A stretch of 64,000 nucleotides of DNA from Podarcis liolepis (lineage: Eukaryota): assembly GCA_965112155.1 (NCBI GenBank), contig OZ218107.1; one strand, 5' to 3'. Below, piece after piece: positions 51,364 through 64,000 of this stretch; within the stretch, counting starts at the first letter, position 1, and each line of letters starts with the position of its first letter. Made by a program: the position numbers and the translations under genes. The notes under the pieces were generated by a model, which saw nothing but the letters and a program-made list of their open reading frames with translations, made no database searches and had not been told where the DNA came from.

Positions 51364-51718
51364 AGGTAAAGGTAAAGGGACCCCTGACCATTAGGTCCAG
51401 TCGTGACCGACTCTGGGGTTGCGGCGCTCATCTCGCTTTATTGGCCGAGGGAGCTGGCGTACAGCTTCTGGGTCATGTGGCCAGCATGACTAAGCCGCTT
51501 CTGGCAAACCAGAGCAGCGCACGGAAACGCCGTTTACCTTCCCGCCAGAACGGTACCTATTTATCTACTTGCACTTTGACGTGCTTTTGAACTGCTAGGT
51601 TGGCAGAAGCAGGGACCGAGCAACGGGAGCTCACCCCGTCACGGGGATTTGAACCACCAACCTTCTGATTGGCAAGTCCTAGGCTCTGTGGTTTAACCCA
51701 CAGTGCCACCTGCATCCC
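51364..51718 (-). mobile_element. Sauria SINE, full length
   Basis: Complete head and tail; 12-bp TSD cttgaatatgta at 51352-51363 and 51719-51730. Confidence 0.95.
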
Positions 51719-52377
51719 CTTGAATATGTAGTTGGCTCTAATTCATGGCTCATAGACAAGTCCCATTGGGGGATGGGGAATCTGTGAGCATCTGGATGTT
51801 GTTAGTTTCCAACACTATATTATTACTTTTAAAACTTTGGACATACTGTAGTTGTTGATTCTGTTATGTACAAAAAAAATAAAAAAGACCCACTGACCCT
51901 CACTGAGAAAATGATGAAGCCAGATCCCATTGGCTGTACATTGGCCATTTTTCTCACTGCACAAAGTCTGATTTCACATTATGAGTTCAGAAAGAAGAGG
52001 CAGCAGGCATAGGTGTTTATGTGGGGAATAGCACAGAAACAGCATTAGCCGTAGCACTAGGAAATGTGGCACCACTTAGGACTGAATATAATTAAGCATT
52101 CCATGTGGCCCCAGGAGAAGTAGTAACATAACTGAAAATCAAAAGTGGTGAATATTTAGTGCAAAATTAGAGCAATAATAAGGCGTAATATGAAACAGTG
52201 GCCAACAACAGTTATAAAAGCCTATTCCAGCAAAATACAGCAGCACCAAATACCAAAACCTTCTTCAGCAACATTACAACAGCAGGTACAGTCAACAAAA
52301 TATCTCCCATCAGTCTACCCAAAAGCCTGGGAGATATGGCTAAATATAACATCATTAGTATTTCAGAAGTCCCCATT

Positions 52378-53483
52378 GTTGTCATTTAGTCGTGTCCGAC
52401 TCTTCGTGACCCCATGGACCAAAGCACGCCAAGCACTTCTGTCTTCCACTGCCTCCCGCAGTTTGATCAAACTCATGCTGGTAGCTTCAAGAACACTATC
52501 CAACCATCTCGTCCTCTGTTGTTCCCTTCTTCTTGTGCCCTCCATCTTGCCCAGCACCAGGGTCTTTTCCAAGGAGTCTTCTCTTCTCATGAGGTGGCCA
52601 AAGTATTGGAGCCTCAGCTTCACGATCTGTCCTTCCAGTGAGCACTCAGGGCTGATTTCCTTCAGAATAGATATGTTTGATCTTCTTGCAGTCCATGGGA
52701 CTCTCAAGAGTCTCCTCCAGCACCAGAATTCAAAAGCATCAATTCTTCGGCGATCAGCCTTCTTTATGGTCCAGCTTTCACTTTCATACATCGCTACTGG
52801 GAAAACCATAGCTTTTACTATACGGACCTTTGTTGGCAAGGTGATGTCTCTACTTTTTAAGATGCTGTCTAGGTTTGTCATTGCTTTTCTCCCAAGAAGC
52901 AGGCGTCTTTTAATTTTGTGGCTGCTGTCACCATCTGCAGTGATCATGGAGCCCAAGAAAGTAAAATCTCTCACTGCCTCCATTTCTTCCCCTTCTATTT
53001 CCCAGGAGGTGATGAGACCAGTGGCCATGATCTTCGCTTTTTTGATGTTGAGTTTCAGACCATATTTTGCGCTCTCCTCTTTCACCCTCAATAAAAGGTT
53101 CTTTAATTCCTCCTCACTTTCTGCCATCAAGGTTGTGTCATCTGCATATCTGAGGTTGTTGATATTTCTTCCAGCAATCTTAATTCCGGCTAGGGCTTCA
53201 TCCAGCCCAGCCTTTCGCATGATGAAATCTGCATATAAGTTAAATAAGCAGGGAGACAATATACAGCCTTGTCATACTCCTTTCCCAATTTGAACCAATC
53301 AGTTGTTCCATATCGAGTTCTAACTGTAGCTTCCTGTCCCACATAGAGATTTCTCAACAGACAGATGAGGTGATCAGGCATTCCCATTTCTTTAAGAACT
53401 TGCCATAGTTTGTGTGGTCGACACAGTCAAAGGCTTTTGCATAGTCAATGAAGCACAGTCAATGAAGTTCATAGTCAATGAAC
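52378..53483 (-). mobile_element. Bov-B (RTE) LINE, 5'-truncated
   Basis: NINNLRYADDTTLMAESEEEL, WCWRRLLRVPWTARRSN and VHGVTKSRTRL; (CAA)n-type tail; one frameshift near 53290; TSD tccccatt at 52370-52377 and 53484-53491. Confidence 0.96.
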
Positions 53484-54492
53484 TCCCCATTACACAACTA
53501 CATAGATGCATCTCTGTTTGTTCACATTTGCCTGTTAAATACATTTTTGCACATTTCTCCTACTAACTCACACTTTTGACTATGGACTCCAAACAAAAGC
53601 TTACTCTCCTCTCCCAAATGCGGCTGCAATTTCCTTTAAGCTTTCCTAGTGCTCAAATCCAGCAATTTTCACCTCTCCTTTTTTTAGTTTCATGTTCCTT
53701 TGGCACCAAGTCCCCCTTTTCTGGCTTGAGCAATATGGGTTCCATTTGGAATGCACATAGATCAGTTACCTGGGCCTTGCTAACAACATAAAACAGTTTC
53801 CAGCAAGCAAAACTCAGCATTTATCTTGCTTTATTCTGATGCTGGATGATCTGAATAACACAAATGGTGCATTGAAAATTGCTCAGAGTAGAATTTATCT
53901 GCCAGCGCTGTATCTGGGCTGTTGTCTAGTAACCCACTGCCTTTGGCAGCACAGCGTCTTGCATTGGTGATTTTCTTGTCAGGTGAAACTGTCTGAGATT
54001 GATTATAAGGCTGGTCAGGTTCCTCCCTTTCCCCAACCTTGAAAATGCTTGTCTGCCTGTGGAAGCCCCATTCCGTGTGTTGGACGGCTCTGGATTGACG
54101 GGCTTGGCAGAAGGTGTAATTTGTAACTCCGAGGGAGGCTGACAGGGATAACTAAGCAGTCTGAGGTTTCAACTTTTGGAATGATGTTAAAGGCAAATTT
54201 GTTCTTTCTTTTCAACTGGCATAACTATGTGTTTGGGACATGCAGAACCAGGTGCAAGCGCCAGCTAGCTGAATGGGAAGAAGCAGAAATAGATAAAGCA
54301 GAACATTGATCTAAATAACTAGGTGGCAAGCCAGTGAAGAGGTAAATGGTGATGTTGGAGGGGGAAAATAGTAGAAATTATTATTGTTAACCAATGATGT
54401 AGCCTATTCAGGCCTGTTTTCATGATCATTTACCTCTAGAGTATGGGACTGTCAATGTGTGGTCCTCCAAATGCTTTTGCTGGACTACAACT

Positions 54493-54944
54493 ACCTACGG
54501 GAACGCCTCTCCTGGTATGTCCCACAGAGGAACTTACGGTCTTCAAATAAAAACATCTTGAAGGTCCCAGGCCACAGAGAGGTTAGGCTGGCCTCAACTC
54601 CTCCACTAGAGCCAGGCCTTTTTCGGCTGTGGCTCCGATCTGGTGGAACGCTCTGTCACAAGAGACTAGGGCCCTGCGGGACTTGACATCTTTCCGCAGG
54701 GCCTGCAAGACAGAGCTGTTCCACTAGGCCTTTGGTCAGGGCACAGCCTGACTCCCTCCTTTGGCAATCTACACAGAATCTCTAGCCCAATGGTTGCCAT
54801 CAATTTGATTTGAATTAATTTTATAATGAATGATTTTAGAATGTTGTACTATTTTATTTATTTTTTATTGTTGTTAGCCGCCCTGAGCCCGGCTTCAGCT
54901 GGGGAGGGCGGGATATAAATAATTTTTATTTTTATTATTATTAT
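54493..54944 (+). mobile_element. L2-clade LINE 3' end nested in a 'ggactacaactcccatc' MITE
   Basis: YLRERLSWYVPQRNLRSS; 'agccgccctgagccc..ggggagggcgggatataaat(tta)n' tail; TSD tacaact at 54486-54492 and 54945-54951. Confidence 0.8.
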
Positions 54945-57291
54945 TACAACTTCCATCATTCCTGACCATTAGCCATGCTGTCTGGAGATGATTGGCTTTG
55001 TAGTGGAAGAGCCACCACAGAACAAAGGGTGTTGGACTATCAGCCCCAGCAAGCATGGATCATGGTAGTTCAACAACACCTGAAAGACCATTGGAAGGTC
55101 TAGGGTAGGGGCGGGAATGTGTGGGCTTACAGATGGTATTGGACTACAGCTCCCACCAGCTAGTGTGCCCAATGATATGATCTGAGCTGTAATCCAATGT
55201 TTACGGGCCTTTTTTCAGGGGGAACTCACAAGAACTAAGCTCCAGCACCTCTCAGGTGGGCACCATTGCCATTCTAAGAGAATAAGGGAGGCATTCATGG
55301 TGAGTTCCGAAACCTCTTTTTTCTAGAAAAATGGCACTGTGCCTGGAGGGTACCTTGCTGACTGCCCCTGCCTTCCCATTGTGACAGCCTTCAACTGGAT
55401 TCTAGCAGGTGAACAGGCTGTGACCTACACTTGCTAAATTAATGACTAACTACTTCCTGTTATACACACAAACTCTTGCCTACATAGAAATCACATAGTG
55501 CAGAGTTGACTTCTGTATGGCTTCCCAAAATCATTGTTAAGCTTATTATTTATCATAATTTTGTAGACAGAAAAACAATGTTTGAAGTAATCCAGAGATT
55601 CAGGGATTTTTCTACACCTGTGCTGAGGGTGACTAAGGTGTTGGTGCTGAGCGTTGGGCCACCTGTGTCTCTGGAAATGTCTAGGTGTATAATTATGCTA
55701 GATTCCAAATACAACTGCAAAAGTTCTCCATGTTATTTGATGTGATCCCATCCAAAAGAAGTAGTTTATCTGAAGCAGTCCTTCCTCTGCTAAAGGAGCA
55801 TTCTGTTCAATACAGAAGAGCTTTTGAAGGATAAAGAGGACTCAAGGTGAAGAGAGGATCAGCTTTGTAGGGACTATGGTGCATCTGGAAGGCAAGGTAC
55901 AAAGACTCCTCCTCAAAGGCCATTTGGTCCCCCTGAGGCTCTTCTAACCTCAAACATATAAGCAGTCATTGCGCATGACTCTAAGCTCCATGGGGACTCC
56001 AGTGGGGTCATAAGCCCCACAGGCCAACTGAGTTGGGGAATGCTTTGTGCATTCACTGGGGGCTCTTAATTTTCAGGACAGCAGACCGAGCTGCAGTGAA
56101 GGTATCAATGCACACCTAACCACAAAAGATAACCAGCTTGCTCCTACAATTCCATAGCTCCATATGTGCACCATGCACACTGGAGCTCCAGTATTTTGTC
56201 ATCTAAAGCCTTTTAAAATTAAAAGCCCATCTTTTACAATGGCGAGAGCTATAAGAAACTGGAACTTTTAAAAAAAGAAAGCTGGGATTCTTGAGTATCT
56301 GATGGAGAAACCGGAGCCTCTGGTGGAAGCTAAATACCTACACTTTTCCTGTGCAATCACAGCCGTGTAGCTCTGTGGCAAGCCATCTAATGGCCTTTTT
56401 TCACTTTTAAGCAATATCTGTACTACGATTCAGTCAGTAAGCACTTTTTCGATGGGTTATGGTGTTTTCTTCATAGTGCTGACCACTGTTAAGTAAGTAG
56501 ATTCCAAGCCCCCAGGTTGTATAGAAACTGCTTTTGAGCGCACAATGCCCGCTGTGTTTTCTCCTTGTAGTGTCCAGAAACCTTTTTGAAGTTTACTTTC
56601 CTTTTAAAGTGCTGCCAAGTCTGCCGCAGCTAAGTGGGACACCAGCCAGGGCAATGCTAATGAGGCAAATTGACATTTAGCAAAGGATTTGTTGTTGCTG
56701 TCAGCCTGCTGTATCCATACAATGGAAACAACGCATGAGTCATCATTACCCATAACTGCATTGTATCACATTTCAGATCAATATTCAAGACATTAAAAGG
56801 CCAATAATGTTACAACAAATGAGCCGGAGAGAGAACTGAAATGCCACGGTTAGCCTGTTCCCCCCCCCCCACCGCCCTCCTGTCCCCTCCTCTCCTTCAG
56901 TAAGTGGCTGCTTATTCAAATGCTAAATTGTTTTGCATGCTTCAGGAAAAAATGGGCCTGATCAGGAGATGTGTTTTTATTTTTTTATTTTAGCACTGAC
57001 GCCCACCCTTCATCACAAATTCACAGGGTGGGGCTGTAGGGTTTACAGCGTAATCCAAGACACACAGTTAAGTAACACCGGAAATATATAGCACAACCCA
57101 ACTTGTTAAAATCAACATTTCATTCATTCTTTGGGCTGGTAGCTCATTGAGAGTGGGAGGTCAGAAGACAGGGAGACCGACAGCAGGGGGACCCAGAGTC
57201 AACGACGGGCAAGTCATTCATTTTCTGTCTCCATTCTCTTCCCTGCTGAGTTCTGCAAGCCTCAGTGCTGAGGAGGGAGCAGAGAAGCAGT

Positions 57292-58092
57292 GAATCATAG
57301 AATCATAGAGTTGGAAGAGACCACAAGGGCCATCGAGTCCAACCCCCTGCCAAGCAGGAAACACCATCAGAGCACTCCTGACATATGGTTGTCAAGTCTC
57401 TGCTTAAAGACCTCCAAAGAAGGAGACTCCACCACACTCCTTGGCAGCAAATTCCACTGTCGAACAGCTCTTACTGTCAGGAAGTTCTTCCTAATGTTTA
57501 GGTGGAATCTTCTTTCTTGTAGTCTGGATCCATTGCTCCGTGTCCACTTCTCTGGAGCAGCAGAAAACAACCTTTCTCCCTCCTCTAGGTGACATCCTTT
57601 TATATATTTGAACATGGCTATCATATCACCCCTTAACTTCTCCAGGCTAAACATGCCCAGCTCCCTTAGCCGTTCCTCATAAAGCATCGTTTCCAGGCCT
57701 TTGACCATTTTGGTTGCCCTCCTCTGGACACGTTCCAGTTTGTCAGTGTCCTTCTTGAACTGTGGTGCCCAGAACTGAACACAGTACTCCAGGTGAGGTC
57801 TGACCAGAGCAGAATACAGTGGCACTATTACTTCCCTTGATCTAGATGCTATACTCCTATTGATGCAGCCCAGAATTGCATTGGCTTTTTTAGCTGCCAC
57901 GTCACACTGTTGGCTGATGTCAAGTTTGTGGTCAATGAAGACTCCTAAATCCTTTTCACATGTACTGCTCTCAAGCCAGGTGTCACCTATCTTGTATTTG
58001 TGCCTCTCATTTTTTTTGCCCAAGTGCAATACTTTACATTTCCCCCTGTTAAAGTTCATCTTGTTTGTTTTGGCCCAGTTCTCTAATCTGTC
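57292..58092 (-). mobile_element. Young 5'-truncated CR1 LINE, same family as 14202-16240
   Basis: Near-identical sequence; ORF 57367..58182 ends ...VFKQRLDNHMSGVL; (ATTCTATG)n tail. Confidence 0.96.
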
Positions 58093-58272
58093 ACATTGGA
58101 CTGATTGTAAGCAGGAAGACAGGCAGGTGGAGGCTGACTGGGGGGCAGATTGAGGCAGGTGGGGCAGTGCCTCTGTCACCAAAATTGACTGGTCTCCACT
58201 GCATCCATTTCAAAATACCTCACCTACTTGAATGTTAAGCAGCCCATGTTCTTCTATAATGTAGGGTTTTTT

Positions 58273-58273
58273 A

Positions 58274-58316
<43 letters not shown>
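58273..58316. repeat. (TAA)n microsatellite
   Basis: Read directly from the sequence. Confidence 0.97.
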
Positions 58317-58318
<2 letters not shown>

Positions 58319-58426
58319 GATAGATAAGATCCCAGTTTATTTCCCAAGTACTTCTTCTGCATTTGGGGAACCCGGTAAATTATATTTCAGTTTTAATGGT
58401 AGACTCTAGCCCTAAGATTACAGAAT

Positions 58427-58695
58427 GAAGAAGAAGAGGAGGAGGAAGAGGAGGAGGAGGAGTTTGGATTTGATATCCCGCCTTTCACTCCCCTTCAGGA
58501 GTCTCAAAGCGGCTAACATTCTCCTTTCCCTTCCTCCCCCCACAACAAACACTGTGAGTGAGGTGAGTGAGGCTGAGACACTTCAAAGAATTGTGACTAA
58601 CCCAAGGTCACCCAGCAGCTGCATGTGGAGGAGTGGAGACGTGAACCCAGTTCACCAGATTACGAGTCTACCGCTCTTAACCACTCTACCACCCT
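58427..58695 (-). mobile_element. tRNA-derived SINE with L2-like tail and (CTC/CTT)n end
   Basis: Minus-strand head ggtagagtggttaagagcggtagactcgtaatctggtgaactgggttc (A and B boxes); tail ttagccgctttgagactcc..gcgggatatcaaatcc. Confidence 0.75.
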
Positions 58696-59699
58696 GGAAA
58701 ATATAGTGATGTGTTTTTTTGCTGTAGCCATCAAAACTAGGCCTCAATTATTAAAGGGAAGATGAGTTCAGAGAGTCGAAATTGTAATTTAGAAAAACTA
58801 TTTCTGATTTTTGTTGCACCATTATTTTAAAAAGGACAATCTGTGTGCGTTTTGATATGTTTTAACTGTTGAGAACTGAGTTGTGAATCCAGTGGGGTGA
58901 CTAAGTTCTGATCCACGCACAAGTCCATTTTATATAGTAATTCACAAAGATCCTTACTTGGGAGGAGGGCTCAAGGAAATAAAGACTGTGCAAGAAACAT
59001 AGGGTTGCCTTTGCTCCCGCTGGTCAGCAGGTGAGGACAATGTAAGTTGCATTTATCTCTAGTACAAAATGCTGAACATTTGATGCACTGTGGAAGTTTT
59101 GCAAGGCCACATGCATAGTCATCCAAAAAGTCTCCACCAGAGCCTGTCCTTTGACCAACAGCACTCTCTACCATTAAGTGGAAGTCCTGTCTATTTGTGG
59201 GGTCGAGAGGCACCTCGTCTTTGCTTTTTGTGTTCTGTTTCTTTCTCAATATTCCTTTGATGCTGATAAAAGCTGCCACTTTCCATGGCCAATCGAATAA
59301 ACTTTCATCTACCGTGTGCCAGTTCCATTCACTCCATTCCTCCTTTGATCTAAAGTAGGATCTCTTTCTGTTTTGCTCTCCTCTATTGTATGTGTTTTAA
59401 AAATGTTTCGATAATAACAAATCTCAAGGACAGGAAGATGTGTGTGTGTGTTTGTGTGTATTTAAAAATGGGGGGTGTTTCACATCTCTGTATTGTCACA
59501 TAATACTAATAACTGAGCTGGCTGGTGCACCATCATTAAAATCTCATTTCTCTCTTGATGAATAATAGGGTCAACAGGATGGTTGCTTTTAATGAACAGA
59601 GAGAAAGGGCAGGCATAAAAATATTTATATATGGCTGATTAGAAAAATGTTGGCACTGCTAAGCATTTAATGGAGCATTGTCAGACATTTCAAATCACT

Positions 59700-59895
59700 G
59701 GATTATCTTATGGGAACAGAGGGCAGGACCCGAACAATGGATTCAAATTTCAAGAAAGGATGTTCCTGAATAAACACTAAGAAGAACTTTCTGGGGGTAA
59801 GAGCTGTATAACAGTGAAATGGACTACATTGGAAGGTGATGGACTCTCCTTCATGGGAGGTTTTTAAACAGAAGTTGAATGACCATCTGTCAGGG
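59700..59895 (+). mobile_element. Old CR1 3' fragment
   Basis: RTRTMDSNFK / KNFLGVRAV / SPSWEVFKQKL-like decayed CR1 C-terminus. Confidence 0.7.
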
Positions 59896-62865
59896 AGTTG
59901 AATTAGATGTTAAAGTTAAAAGTTTAATGTGAATATAATGTAATGTTTGTAAGTAGAGAAGTTTGTTGTTGTTTTTTGCAAAGGTTTGCATTTGCAAAGC
60001 AAAGAAGTTAACCTCAATCAAGAGGTTTCACTCTAGGTGAAAGCGGAAGGCTGGTGTTTTTCCATTTCACACCGTTAAGCTATCTGATGACTCATCACCA
60101 GAAACTGAGCTGCATATCTCTCACAATGGGAGAGGAAACTCAAGAAGTCAGTGATGGCTAGTAATTGCAGCAACAGATGAAACTAAACTCTGCAATGATG
60201 AATAAGCTTAGAATCCCACTCTGGGACCAGAGAAAGTTTTCTGAACTGCATAAGGCACTTACTTAAAGGACTGAACCACATTGCCTGCTACTTGAGTGCA
60301 ATGTGTTACTTTGTTTCTTTGTAACTTTTATCTTTTGTAACTTGTATTTAATTCTGTTCTTCAGTAAAGCTTTGAAACTCATTTTTGAAGTGGGAAGCTC
60401 ATTTATTTCTACACAAGGCCCAGATTATGGATTCTACTGAAGAACTCTTACCCTGGAATCCTTTTCAGTTCTACAATCCAATGGTCATATGATCCTATGA
60501 GTAACCTGAGAACTATTCCATACTGTTGCAGGTGCCCCTTGAACCTCTGAATACAAAATACTCTGGACAAACAATAAGCAGAAGGCTATTGCCTTCATGC
60601 CCTGCCTTTGAGGAGCTTCCAGTTGGCTATTGTTTGAAACTGAATGCTGGACCAGCCAAGTCTGATCTAGAAAGGCACTCTCCGCCCCCGCCCCTCGCTA
60701 CATTTGTATGCTCTCATGCACTCTTAGACTGGCTTTGGGCAAGTCATTAACTCATAACCTCATTTCCCCTGTATTAATAAAAAAACCCAAAAAAACCCCA
60801 GCCCACAGGGTTATAATGAAGATGAATGCAATAATTATTACATCTAAAGAGAGAGGTAAAAGAAGAGATTAATATTCATGGCCAGGATCATACATTGGCA
60901 AGATGACACCCTAAAGCATTCCCTTAGGGTCTGAAATCTATACCTCCTTTATCCCCTTAGAAAGGCATGGGATGCAGGGGGGTGTAAGCCTCTCTAGATG
61001 ATTACAAATGGCTTTGGCTTTTCAAAACAACGCTGGATGTTTCCCTTACACCAAGGATTGATTTTGACCTGAGGACTATATTCATCCATAGCTCAGCCTC
61101 TGGGAGCTGCAAGCCAGCAGTGGGCACTGCCACTTCACATTCCCATGCACACAAACAGAGGACACTCACACAGTCCCTTTTCCAAAGCTGATCTGTGAAG
61201 CTCAGTTTATCTCCCTCTGTGCTCATTAGATGGGGGGGGGGGGGAGAGAGATAATGTGCCTCCTCATCAGGGCAATGGGTTTTGCAGATCTTCTCCCTAT
61301 CTCAGCATTGCATCTACTTTTATTTCCCACCCTGTTTTTTTATTCCCACAACCAAAATTGGTGGGGCCTGGAAGAGTGAGGGAGAAACATTTCCTTAGGG
61401 GGCTGATCAGAGTCTCTAAACCAAATTCCAGTACCAAGTTAGTATATGGCCATTTCCGTAATGCACAAACCCTGAAGCCTTAATTAAAGCCATTCCCTCC
61501 CAGGTTACAATAAATGGAGTTAGTTGGTTATAATGGTACAAGAAATATTTGTGCAGAAACAAAGGTATTTCTTTGTTGGCACTTCCAGAAATGTTTTCTT
61601 TGCCTCTTTGAGGAGGGTGTAAAAAATAGTCTTTTTAAAAAAAGAACTTGAAACGTATCAACATTTTCGTCCTTTTATTCTTAAGCAGCTTGAGGTTCTC
61701 TGGGAAATTTGCAGAGCAGGACAGCGAGTGGGGCAGACTGAGGAGATATGGCCAAATGCAAATTTTACAAAGCCCCAAGGGGTGGGGGAGAAAAGAAAAG
61801 ATGTTAATGCAATTACTGCTGATAAAATTCTGTGTGTGGGAGAGAAATTAGCACATAATCTCTGTCTCCTTCATTACAAGCATGCTAATTACACAACAAA
61901 GTTATCCCTTTCTAATTAAAGGAGGGGGGGGGGATTAAGAAGAGCTGTGCTATTTAATTCAGAAAATGCATACTAAGGGAGGGTGGGCAAAAATGTGATC
62001 TGATGTCAATGTAAATCGGGAAGAAAGCCTCAGTAGTTAGGCTAATTCAGCCCAAGTTTACATTGCTGCAGAGGTGGGGAAACTTTTTGGCTCCCATGGG
62101 CCAATTTTGAAAGGTGGGCGGGACAATCCAACTGTCACATGGCATGATTATGACACCACATGGTCACGTCAAAATAACTTACATAGAATTCCCAAGTGGC
62201 CAATAGTCAGCTTGCTGTCTGGTACTCGTAAACCACATTGCAAGGTGACTTGCCAGCCCTGCACTTGGCATGTGGAAAGCACTGAGCATAGTGTGGGATA
62301 TCTAACCTCACATAACCAACATGCTTAACTCTAATTAATGCATGAAGGGGTTAAGACCATAGAGTAAGTTGTCCTGCTAGGCTTAGCTACATCAGTCCCC
62401 ATCACCTTGGGGGAAAGGGTTACCAAACTGCTCCAAGCTTAAACTGTGTGGTCTAAGCAAACCATCATTGTGTTTTTATAGAAATCATTTAGAAACGTTT
62501 ACCATTTTGGAATCTAAGTTATACTATCTGCTCTTCTTGCTGCTGTATGGAAAAGCACTCGAATCTGACCTTTGAAGAGTTTGTAAGTAAAGCTTTTTAA
62601 CTTAATACATATGTGGTCTCTTCCTATGCTAAGGGAAGTGGGGAACTTTGAAAGCAATGTAGAAGGAGATATTTTAAAGTTTTAACAGTCTATTTTCCAC
62701 ACTTTGCTTTGCTGTATATTCTGTGATTTTAAATATCTGTGGGGGCTCTCTCAACAAAGAGTACTTGCTCCAAACCTGGATCTTAGACATCCTGGGAATT
62801 CTCCTTCTTTCATTATACCATATATATTATTATTTTCCTTCTACCAAACCAAACAAAAACCAACA

Positions 62866-62947
62866 CATAGGGCTGTCAAAGCGCTTCTTTCTCCCCTCAA
62901 CATCACTTGATGCAGAAGGGAGAAAGCAGCACTTTGACAACCCTATG
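62866..62947. repeat. 82-bp hairpin (40-bp arms, 2-nt spacer)
   Basis: Arms 62866-62905 and 62908-62947 are reverse complements at 34 of 40 positions. Confidence 0.9.
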
Positions 62948-63444
62948 ATCTGTGCTTCCCAAAGTGGTATATAACTGAAAGATGAAGTTCTGGGAAAACG
63001 CACAGTGCCTTCAAATGCAGTAGCGTAATCTAATGGGATATTAACTAGTGATGGCATTTTCTGAAAAATCTCGAGCTTATCTGCACAGATTTTTTTCTAT
63101 TCCCTTCTCACTCCTTGTTCTCAAAAGTTGTGAAGTTTCATTTTTTTACCAGTTCTTCTAAAAATATGAAACATTTTCACATAATAGGCATTAATAGACA
63201 CATTATTTTACATATATTATAATATGCATTTTTATGTGTTTAAACTCCAGATCTCCTAAAATAACCAGCACATAAAGAAATGCATACAACCATACATAGA
63301 ACTGTGTAAAAATACATACAGTATGTATTAAGAGTTTTTAAATTATGCTGCAGAAATATAGTGCCATGTGAGGATAGACTTCTTATATGCATTATATGCA
63401 TAATGCATGTATCTTTATCCTATAATTCATGGGATCCATGAATA

Positions 63445-63700
63445 TTTGTCATTCATCTGTCTTGGGAGACAATGGAGGAGTGTGCCTTCGAGGGTGAGGT
63501 CAAGCTGTTGTATGGTTGCAGTGCCTGCTGTGGCTGTAGAGACCGATGTAGGAGAGACATGTTTTATTGTAGCTGGGGCAGATGAAGCCATCCAGTTGTG
63601 CTGCCACAGATGCACCATGGTATTTCTTCTCTCCGCGCTCTGCCCAGCAGACATTTCTCCTCTGGTCACTACTATGGATACACAACTTGACTGCCTGTCA
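63445..63700 (-). mobile_element. Degenerate RTE-clade LINE 3' end
   Basis: FICPSYNKTCLSYIGLYSHSRHC C-terminal zinc-finger remnant. Confidence 0.7.
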
Positions 63701-64000
63701 CCAGCGGCAAAGCAAGCCGATTGGGCGCCTGGAGTGGCGTGTGTGCCCAGTACCCAGGGCCAAGGTCAGCCACCCACAGGGCAGGGTGAGCCGGGGCAGG
63801 ACGCTCTGTGGGGCCTCCGAGGAGTCTGCCTGCCTCCTCCCACTCAGCCACCCTACAGCTGAGGGAAAGGCAGCGGGCAGACCATTTGGGGCAGTGTGCA
63901 ACCTGTGGGCACTCAAGCCACCATGACACTCTCAGGAGAGACGCATGGCTTGGGCGTGCTGCAGGCCCTGCAGTGAGTGCCACCTGACATTTTGTCATCC

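Noticed and set aside
52190-53293. 367-aa plus-strand ORF
   Set aside because: Antisense shadow of the Bov-B RT frame plus flanking sequence; no independent protein features.
1-64000. Host protein-coding exons, functional tRNA or rRNA genes
   Set aside because: None recognisable. The tRNA-like segments are SINE heads. Short exons could have been missed without alignment.

Overview
A repeat-rich, non-coding stretch of vertebrate nuclear DNA (large intron or intergenic). The repeat content (Sauria SINEs, Bov-B, CR1, L2, RTE, Penelope) points to a squamate, probably a lacertid lizard; the taxon is an inference. I could not support any host protein-coding exon, and every long ORF derives from a retroelement. 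Main elements: (1) a very young Penelope-like element (38931-41278) with an open RT + GIY-YIG frame, bracketed by a 377-bp inverted pseudo-LTR pair in (TA)n, each copy carrying a minimal hammerhead ribozyme; (2) two young CR1 LINEs, one interrupted by a 164-bp A-tailed retroposon with a 19-bp TSD; (3) Bov-B, RTE, L1 and L2 fragments; (4) five Sauria SINEs, four Tc1/mariner-type MITEs, several hAT MITEs and palindromic mini-elements; (5) two dissimilar solo-LTR-like elements that both carry an ATG-less ORF of about 106-110 codons starting at LTR nucleotide 2, with the same acidic / PPL / basic layout. Item 5 is the best candidate for something undescribed. An 82-nt hairpin with an AAAGUGC seed and several TE-free, enhancer-like blocks also merit a check.
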